From the NCBI RefSeq assembly GCF_009914755.1, contig NC_060930.1: a DNA stretch of 64,000 nt; one strand, written 5' to 3'. This DNA comes from the human T2T-CHM13v2.0 reference genome, Homo sapiens. The position numbers were made by a program, and so were the translations under genes. Below, one piece after another: positions 51,171 to 64,000 of the stretch; within the stretch, counting starts at the first letter, position 1; each line of letters starts with the position of its first letter. A model generated the notes under the pieces. It did not search any database, was not told the origin of the DNA, and was given only the letters and a program-made list of their open reading frames with translations.

Positions 51171-52153
51171 GTTCCCATCAGCTAAGAGTTACCAGCCAAT
51201 TCATTTTGTTTTTTCTAGCTAGAATTTGGTTGTACCTTAGCACATTTGGTCTGTAGTTTTAGGATTGTGCAAGGGCTGGCATGAACTGCTTCCAGAAAGA
51301 CTGTGATGTACTTGCCATGTACTCACCTGCTATAAAATGCAGAGGGCTTGATCTCCACCTGAGTCTAGCAGCTGCCTCATGTCAGCATCAACGCTGCTTT
51401 GCGTCGGCAGTGATTTATTTGACCACAGCAGGGTGATCCTTGGTTTTGGTAACTTTTCCCTGAGCAACCCTGATATGGGTGTGAGTAGTAGGAGCGTCCT
51501 GGGTGCTAAGTGGTCCAGCCCTCCATGCCTGCCTTAAATCACCCCCGACAAATGAGAATCTATCCTATTTATTTTAATGATCCCGTCCAAGGAAGGAGTT
51601 TATCTTCATCCATCCCCCAGAACACATTCCAGAGTTTATTAACCCACAATTCACACTACTGCAAAGTTCTCCTGTATAATGAGACCCTCTACCCTCCCAC
51701 TTGTGAATTTGGTGGGGTTGGAGGACTGGAGTAAGGAAGGCTGTGGGAATATCTATTTCCAGGATGTGTCCCAGGCTGGTCTGGCAGTTGTTGTCATTCT
51801 GGTTTAAAATGGATGTTATGAGGCTTTCCCCAAATAACTCAGTCCTAATTTTCCTGAGGATTCCGCTGTGAAACATCAGCTGCTGAAATGAACAGTACTC
51901 TTGTCAGATCTTCAACAGAGCAGGGTTTGGCCTCCTTGTCTCCCCTGGAAGTAGCTTCTCCAAGCAAGTGAACTACGAATGTGGCATCATTTACTGTGAT
52001 TATTTAAAAACATCAATTGAAAAGTTTTTCCATTTTCTTATTATAATCCTACTTTAGATATCTTTCTTAGCTATTTCAAAGAACTAAAACTCATGTTTAA
52101 GTGATAAAGTATATGGAGTAACATTTTAATGGTAGATGAAAATAATAGGTTAT

Positions 52154-52473
<320 letters not shown>

Positions 52474-53341
52474 TTATGCCTGTAAAGCACTTTTATATAC
52501 TCCCAAATACACTTGCAAATTTTATTTTATTCCCCAGATCTCTGAGAGACCTTTGAAAGCATAAAATATTTAGAACTCAAAGAAAATGTAGGGATTACCT
52601 GCCCAGGCCCCTACCTGATACAGGAATTCCCAGTATAACCTGGCCCCAAGAGTCATTACAGAGCCATAACCTGCTCACTCCACCTGTCAAGATCTCACTC
52701 CTTTGTTTGACATTGGGAGTGCTACAGATTTCCTCCTCCAATTGCTTCAAGATCTGCATGGCTTTGATTTCGACCCAGCTGTAGTTTCATCCTGCCACAT
52801 AACACAGCAGGATAAGGCAGATCCCTCTTTCACATGAAATATTTATGAACAGCTACCCCACGCTCTGTTTCTGTATACCCTCTTCATTCCTCTCTCAAGC
52901 TAAATTTCACCCCAAAAGTCCTCTTTCTCAGGCTAGACATCCATAGTTTTTGCTTATGGAAATTGATCAATACCTTTCTCATTCTACTCATGTTAACTGG
53001 AATGGCTTTCTTCAAAGATCCTGCCAGAAACTAAATCTTGTTCTCCTGGCATTGCTTCATCAATAAAGGATGGAGCTGTTTTTCTTCTGGACACAGTACT
53101 TCTACTAGTCAGCCTAAGAGCACATTTTTGGAAATGTGCTCTTAAATGTGATTTTTGGAAACATTTGCACTTGACTCACATTGAGTTTGCAATCAATTAA
53201 GTGGTATAATGTTTGCATGTGCTGTTAAGCTCAATCTTTGCAATTCTATAGTGGTGAAGTTGACTCTTTGGACTTTGATCTGAAACTTTATTGTCAGTTT
53301 TCATCTGGTTTCATTCTTTCAAAAATCTTTTTGAATTCTGA

Positions 53342-53680
<339 letters not shown>

Positions 53681-53833
53681 GGTCTGAAGTTTTAATGTCA
53701 GGTTTAATGTCAGGTGATCAATGTTTTTTGTTTGTTTGCTTGTTTGTTTTGACTACCTGATCAGCTAACATGGATCCAGGTATTAGCATCTCTCCTTTCA
53801 AATGCAGAGATGATTTTTAAAATATCTGGAATT

Positions 53834-54166
<333 letters not shown>

Positions 54167-54386
54167 TTATTTGTGCATTCAACAAACATGCATTGAGCAC
54201 TTACTATATGCTAGGCATATAGGTGCTAGAGAGAGAACACATAAATAAGGACTCTGCCCACATGGAGCTGATATTCTAAGATGAGATAAATAATAAATAA
54301 GTGAATAATTGCAGAGTGTAGTGTGATAAAAGAAATAAACATGTTGGAAAGACAGAATGATTTATAAGGGAGCTACTTTAGGTAGG

Positions 54387-56670
54387 TGATATGGTTTGGC
54401 TGTGTCCCCATTCAAATCTCAACTTGAATTGAATCTCCCAGACTGCGCTGTGGGGTAGACCTAGGGGGAGGTAATTGAATCATGGGGGCTGGTCTTTCTT
54501 GTGCTGTTCTCGTGATAGTGAATAAGTTTCATAAGATCTGATGGGTTTAGCAGGGATTTCCGCTTTAGCTTCTTCCTCACTTTCTCTTGCTGCCACCATG
54601 TAAGAAGTGCCTTTCACCTCCTGCCATGATTCTGGGGCCTCCCCAGCCATGTAGAACTGTAAGTCCAATTAAACCTCTTTTTCTTCCCAGTCTCCTGTAT
54701 GTCTTATCAGCAGTGTGAAAACAGACTAATACAGTAAATTGGTACCAGTAGAGTAGGACATTGCTGAAAAGATACCTGAAAATGTGGAAGTGACTTTGGA
54801 ACTGGGTAACAGGCAGAGATTGGAACAGTTCAAAGGGCTCAGAAGAAGACAGGAAAATGTGGGAAAGTTTGGAACTTCCTAGAGACTTGTTGAATGACTT
54901 TGGCCAAAATGCTGACAGTGACATGGACAATAAAATCCAGGCTGACGTGGTCTCAGATGGAGATGAGGAACTTGTTGGGAACTGGAGTAAAGATGACTCT
55001 TGTTATGTTTTAGCAAAGAGACTGGCAGCATTTTGCCCCTGCCCTAGAGATTTGTGGAACTTTGAACTTGAGAGAGATGATTTAGGGTGTCTGGCGGAAG
55101 AAATTTCCAAGCAGTAAAGCATTCATGATGTGACTTGGTTGCTGTTAAAGGCATTCAGTTTATAAGGGAAGCAGAGCATAAAAGTTTGGAAAATTTGCAA
55201 TCTGACTATGTGATAGAAAAAAAAACGTATTTTCTGGGGAGAAATTCAAGCCGGCTGCAGAAATTTGCATAAGTAGCAAGGTGCCTAATGTTAATCCCCA
55301 GGACCGTGGGGAAAATGTCTCCAGGCCATGTCAGAAACCTTCACAGCAGCCCCTCCCATCACAGGCCTAGAGGCCCAGGAGGAAAACGTGGTTTTGTGGG
55401 CTGGGCCCAAGACCTCCGTGCTGTGTGCAGCCTAGGGACTTGGTGTCCTGTGTCTCAGCCACTCCAGCCATGGCTGAAAGGGGCCAATGTACAGATAGAT
55501 AGGGCTGTGGGTTTAGAGGGTGAAAGCCCCAAGCCTTGTCAGCTTCCACATGGTGGTAAGCCTGCTGATGCACAGAGGTCAAGAATTGAGGTTTGGGAAC
55601 CTCCACCTAGGTTTCAGAACATGTATGGAAACACCTGGATGCCCAGGCAGAAGTTTGCTGCAGGGGCAGGGCCCTCATGGAGAACCTCTGCTAGGGCAGT
55701 GCAGAAAGAAAATGTGGAGTCAGAGCCCCCACACAGAGTCCCTACTGGGGCACTGCCTAGTGGATCTCTGAGAAGAGGGCCACCTCTTCTCCAGACCCCA
55801 GAATGGTAGATCCACCAACAGCTTGCACTGTGCACCTGGAAAAGCCACAAGCACTCAACGCCAGCCAGTGAAAGTTGCGGGGGGAAGCTGCACCCTGCAA
55901 AGCCACAGGGACAGAGCTGCCCAAGACCATGGGAACCCACCTCTTGCATCAGCATGACCTGGATATGAGACCTGGAGTCAAAGGAGATCATTTTGGAGCT
56001 TTAAAATTTGACTGCCCTGCTGAATGTTGGATTTGCATGGGCCCTGTAACACCTTTTTTTTGGCGAATTTCTCTCATTTGAAATGGTTGTAATTGCCAAA
56101 TACCTGTATTCCCATTGTATCTAGGAAGTAACTAGCTTGTTTCTTTTATTTTACAGGCTCATAAGTGGAAAGGACTTGCATTGTCTCAGATGAGACTTTG
56201 GACTGTGGACTTTTGGGTTAATGCTGAAATGAGTTAAGACTTTGGGGGACTGTTGGGAAGGCATGATTGATTTTGAAATGTGAGGACATGAGATTTGAAG
56301 GGCGCCAAGGGCAGAATGATATGGTTTGGCTGTGTCCCCATTCAAATCTCAACTCAAATTTTATCTCCCAGAATTCCCACGTGTTGTGGGAGAGACCTAG
56401 GGGGAGATAACTGAATTATGGGGGCTGGTCTTTCCTGTGCTATTCTCGTGATAGTGAATAAGTCTCACAAGATCTGATGGGTTTATCAGGGGTTTCCACT
56501 TTTGCTTCTTCCTTATTTTCTCTTGCCACCACCATGTAAGAAATGCCTTTTGCCTCCCGCCATAATTCTGAGGCCTCCCCAGCTATGTGTAACTGTAAGT
56601 CCAATTAAACCTCTTTTTCTTCCCAGTCTTGGGTATGTCTTTATCAGCAGTGTGAAAAAAGACTAACACA
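54387..56670 (+). mobile_element. Full-length THE1A element (LTR 54387-54733, internal region, LTR 56317-56670) inside an L2 remnant
   Basis: Two direct ~350 bp LTRs; internal region starts GTAAATTGGTACC; TSD GTAGG/ATAGG. Confidence 0.93.
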
Positions 56671-57531
56671 ATAGGGTGAAAGGGGGCACATCATCACCAA
56701 AAACATGAAGAGTAGGTGAGGCAGCCTCTCAGGAACAGAGAACAGCATGTGGAAAATCGCTGAGACAGGAAAGAGCTTAACAAATATGTTCAGGATCAAG
56801 GTTGTTTCTATCTATCTGGTTCTGACTCTGACCTTGGCCCCAGCACAGGACTTCTTGGGTTTGCTCCCGGCTTCACGTAGCACAGCACAGTAAGAAGTTT
56901 CTTCCAGAACACAGCCCTGATTGCAGAACCCTGGCCAATCAACCTGGCCCCCACCAGGCCTCACCTAGCAAATTCAGAGACTGGTGGTCTTTTATGGGCC
57001 ATTTCACAGCATTTTCATTTGAAAGGGCACATAGACTCAGGAATTACAGGCTGAGCAGGCGCAGAATCGATGCAGGGCAGCTCCTTTTGACAAGTCCCAG
57101 TTGCTGTTAGAGCTCAGGATGTGCACGTGTGTGAATGCAAGTGCCGTGCGCTATTCCTGCTTTACAGTGTGCCTGTGTTCTTGCAGCCGTGGTCCTTGCA
57201 CTAACCTTATTACCTGCTTTCAATCTTCCACTGTCACACAGGAATGCCAGCTCAGCTGCAAAGTCATCTGGAAAATTAATCTCCAGGTTGAGTGACACCT
57301 CTTGCCCAGATTAGCTTTGCCTTCCAATGTTCATTCTTTCCAGATCATATTAAACAATGAGAATATCAGCCAAGAAGGAAATGCCCAGTGGGCCCTTCTC
57401 AGAAGTCTTTGATGCAGAGAGAAAAATGACTTGGTCACAATAAGCTTTAAAATAAAGAAATAGTAATAAAAGCTTAGTAAACATGTATTTCCCTCAAAGC
57501 AGACAGTATAAAATAATGTGCACTTAGTTTA

Positions 57532-57890
<359 letters not shown>

Positions 57891-58274
57891 TTAACCTTCC
57901 TAACTTCCTCGGTAAAAATAAAGAGATTGACATTAGCAGCCTTCAATTTTCTGATGCCAGATAAAGTTTATTACTCCCAGTTGACTGGATATTGTAAAGA
58001 ATGACATATATTCAGGTCTGGGAAGAGCATGTTCCATTCCGTCAATCATTCTTCTGCCTGGGAAGTGATGGAAATATGAGGGCCTCCAGGGTCAGTAAGA
58101 CCTGAATTGAATCCTGTCTGTGCCATTCACTAGCTCAATGGAAAAATTATTTGTCCTTGCTAGTCTCAGTGTCCCTTCTACAGCTCCTAGACAACAAAAC
58201 TTATCTGATTAAATAATGTAATGTATCCACAGTGCCTAAACATAGGCAGGTTTCCACAAACACTAGCTGTTTAT

Positions 58275-58596
<322 letters not shown>

Positions 58597-58933
58597 ACTA
58601 GCTGTTTATTCTTTCCCTCCCTTCTGAGATATTTTGAGTTGTGGTTACAAATGTGTATGTGTTTAGTAGAACAGAAAACTGGCACACCATTTGATACATT
58701 CCCTCTGTATACATGTAATAGGGGAATTATCTGAAGGACTGCATGGCAAGACTTCCAAAAGTACTGATGAAACACTTCTGTTAATATCGCTTAGATAATC
58801 AGAAATACCCTTTCTTTTAGATGGTGTCTAACTAAAAAGACACAACTCAGAGGATTAAGAGTCATGGGTTTTAGCTCCATTTGTCCTGTTAACTAGTCAT
58901 GAGACCTAAGATAGCCAATTAATCTTTACTTCT

Positions 58934-59228
58934 GGCCAGGCATGATGGCTCATGCCTGTAATCCCAGCTCTTTGGGGGCTGAGGCAGGTGGATCACTTGA
59001 GCCCAGGAGTTCAAGACCAGCCTGGGCAACATGGTGGAACCCAATTTCCAAAAGAAAATACAAAAATTTTCCAGGTGTGGTGGCATGCACCTGAAGTCGC
59101 AGTTTCTTGGTGGGCTGAGGCGGGGGTTCACTTGAGTCTGGGAGGTCAAGGCTGCAGAGAGCCATGATTGTGCCACTGCACTCCAGCCTGGGTGACAGAG
59201 TGAGACCCTGCCAAAAAAAAAAAAAAAA
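58934..59228 (+). mobile_element. AluJ
   Basis: Diverged Alu dimer. Confidence 0.9.
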
Positions 59229-59881
59229 GCAAAAACAAAAAACACCCTTATTTAGCCAATTGGATTTATAACATCTGCCTTAGCCCAATGCTTTGGGCTA
59301 TTAAATGAGAGTTTAGATAGTCACTGCTTGTCCTTGAAATGTGAATACCTTGTATTGGCCTCCAAACATAATAGTATTATGTGCTATGTTCTCAAAACTA
59401 CTATTTATTTATTTATTTATTTTTTGGTCCACTTTTATGTGTTTTTCTCATGTTTTAAACTTTAAGTATCATTTCAGGGAGTCAGTGTAACTTGAGTAAT
59501 ATATTTAAAATCGTGGCCTTTGATCATTTAGGCAAACTATTTATTAATAACTTGTATATCACACATTTAAATAGTCAAGACTTTCCCTCTTTAAGTTAGA
59601 TATAATTTCTATTTTACAGAAAATAAAAAACAGTCAGCCTAACAGCACACTTGATTTTTTGGAAACTACATTTACACTTGCATCTTCTACATTTGCACCT
59701 GATACAAATAATTGTATCAGGGAGATACAATCATTTGCTGAAGGTCATGAGAGCAGTAAGGGACTGTGGCATTCAAATCCTGTTGTTTCTGACTCTAAAT
59801 TTCACTATTTCATATGGTTATGCTGTAACATGGAAGAAGTCTCTCTTCTTCATGTTTTCAGGTTTAAACAAAAGAGTTTCA

Positions 59882-60170
<289 letters not shown>

Positions 60171-60883
60171 GTAAACAAAATAAAAGAGCTTCAAAGTTTT
60201 ACATTGTAAACCCACTGCCTCCAAATGTTCAGATATACATTAGGACAAACTCTAATCTTGTTGAGTTGCAAAAAAATAAAATATTCTCATTTTCTGAGCT
60301 AAGTGAGGCACCAACATTTGTATAGTCACCTAATTATTTTTTAATCTATCTGCCTGGTTTGCAAAACTCATGAAGACAAGGACCACATTCCTTTTTGTTC
60401 ATCATTGTATCCCTAGCACTAAGCGTGGTGCCTAACATTGAGAAATACTCAATAGATTTTTATTGAAGCAATGATATGTATATGAATGAGTGAACTATAA
60501 CAAGTTTCAGGTATAAGCTGAATTTTAAGTACAAGTTATGGGGAAATAAAGAAGGAAATAGCTCTCCAACAAAGTCCCTCACCTTTTTCTCCTGTGTTAA
60601 CATCACTGCTGGTTTACAAAATAAGCACCAGGTTAAAATTCTGACAAGGACGTCTGTGTAGGATAGATCATTCCAGGTAAAATATGGGTTCTTGCTCTAA
60701 AATTTGGCCTTTTTTTGGTCATGACTTGTGAAAATAAAACTTATCAGCAAAACTTCATACAAAAAAGTTTTATAAATAAAAATAGTGAAAGAAATAGTAT
60801 ACTGAATGTGTGTACCAGACAGGTAAATAATACAGGTAATATTTATATCTGAAACCGAGAAAATGCAGTATCATGTATCATTG

Positions 60884-60902
60884 TGTCCACTGGGTGGCGC
60901 TG
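60884..60902 (+). promoter_or_regulatory. CTCF-like motif
   Basis: TGTCCACTGGGTGGCGCTG; GC-rich motif with CpG in AT-rich unique DNA. Confidence 0.6.
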
Positions 60903-61239
60903 CAGACTGAGGTTGATATTCCACAAATTGCTACCCTGATGTCAGACAATAAAACAAGTTAGACAGTAATTCTTTATATGTAAAAGTTCCTATTTTTCAT
61001 TTGATTCTCACAATAGCTCTGTGAGGAATGTACAGTATGTATTATTATCCCTTAAACACAGGACTTAGATACCATTAAATATATGCCGCTGCCTCTCAGA
61101 TTTGTAATACATTTTAATCAAATATTCACTTTAAAACAGCCCATTCATATTTGAACTAAATGTTCCAAAGTTATTAACTGGTAACCTTTGGTTCTTTTCT
61201 ACAGTTTCAAGATTTTGCCTCATAAAAAAGCAATCCCTT

Positions 61240-61569
<330 letters not shown>

Positions 61570-61840
61570 CTATATATTCCTGGCAGTGGCTCCTTTGCTC
61601 ACGCTCAGTAAATATGCCATGATGTTCAAAGGAGGCCTGGGAAGAAGAGAAGGCTCTGGTGTCAGAAACAGTGGATTCCAACTCTGGCCCTTCCGCTCTC
61701 TCCATAGGTGTCGAGTCATTTGAACTTTTCAGAGCCTCGGTATTAACATATTGAATAGAAATATTTTACCCTCTTTGTCTTACTAGTCTGATAAGAAGAT
61801 AAAATGAGTCAACATGAGAGAAGTGTTCTGTGAATGTAGG

Positions 61841-62103
61841 TTATTTATTTATTCACTTATTTATTTATTGAGATAGGGTCACTGCAGACTCAACACCCGA
61901 GGCTCAAGCGATCCTCTTACCTCAGCCTCCTGAGTAGCTGGGAACACAAGGGCATCGCCAGCCTGGCTAATTTTTGTATTTTTGGTAGAGATGGGATTTC
62001 ACCATGTTGCCCAGGCTGGTCTCAAACTCCCAAGCTCAAGCTATCCTCCCACCTCGGCCTCCCAAAGTGCTGGGATTCCAGGCGGGAGCCACCGTGACCA
62101 GCC
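61841..62103 (-). mobile_element. AluJ
   Basis: Diverged antisense Alu. Confidence 0.85.
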
Positions 62104-62143
62104 AATGTGAAACATTTTCAAAATCAATTTAAATAAACGGTTG

Positions 62144-63600
<1,457 letters not shown>

Positions 63601-63689
63601 AGCACCTTGAGATGTATATAAAAACTCATTTCTACCAAATAACAAAACTCTCAAAAGGATACTGTTAGAAAAAGTTTTAAAAGATTCCT

Positions 63690-64000
63690 GGCCGGGCACG
63701 GTGGCTCATCGCCTGTAATCCTGGCACTTTGGGAGGCCGAGGCGGGTGGATCACGAGGTCAGGAGATCGAGACCATCCTGGCTAACACGGTGAAACCCCG
63801 TCTCTACTAAAAATACAAAAAATTAGCCGGGCGTGGTGGCGGCCACCTGTAGTCCCAGCTACTCGGGAGGCTGAGGTAGGCGTGAACCCAGGTGTGAACT
63901 CCTGGTGTGAACCCATGTGAACTCCTGGCGTGAACCCAGGAGGCGGAGCTTGCAGTGAGCCAAGATCATGCCACTGCACTCCAGCCTGGGCAACAGAGCG
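63690..64000 (+). mobile_element. AluY with internal GTGAAC repeat expansion; runs off the window end
   Basis: AluY diagnostics; repeats at ~63879-63941. Confidence 0.92.

Noticed and set aside
55288-55809. 173 aa ORF
   Set aside because: Inside the THE1A internal region; a fragment of the decayed MaLR ORF.
60864-60872. TGCAGTATC as the CTCF upstream motif
   Set aside because: Spacing to the core (~11 nt) exceeds the usual 5-6 nt.

Overview
Human non-coding, repeat-rich DNA; the species call rests on two human-specific Alu subfamilies, AluYa5 and AluYb8. I can support no intact protein-coding gene, tRNA, rRNA or CRISPR array, and nearly all listed ORFs are Alu, L1 or LTR read-throughs. The window holds about 50 Alu/FLAM pieces, old L1/L2/MIR fragments, many MaLR/ERV LTRs (including a full THE1A element and a solo LTR10) and Tigger3/MER2/MER20 DNA transposons. 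Gene-derived pieces are: a ~1.7 kb processed HMGA1b pseudogene with ATG changed to AAG (probably HMGA1P7, which would place the window at 6q23.2 near SGK1; this is inference), a 7SL retrocopy, and a ~155 bp tailless fragment of the PI4KA kinase-domain coding sequence inserted into an old L1. Other notable structures are a twin-primed, 5'-inverted L1PA carrying a ~230 bp 3' transduction inside a THE1 LTR, and several local templated-copy scars (a 34 bp inverted copy, a 78 bp direct copy, three perfect 13 bp hairpins). There are also three CTCF-like motifs and a candidate ARE/CRE enhancer. I do not see a new multi-gene system; the best leads are the insertion mechanisms. Repeat subfamily names come from recalled consensus sequences, and boundaries of old repeats are approximate.
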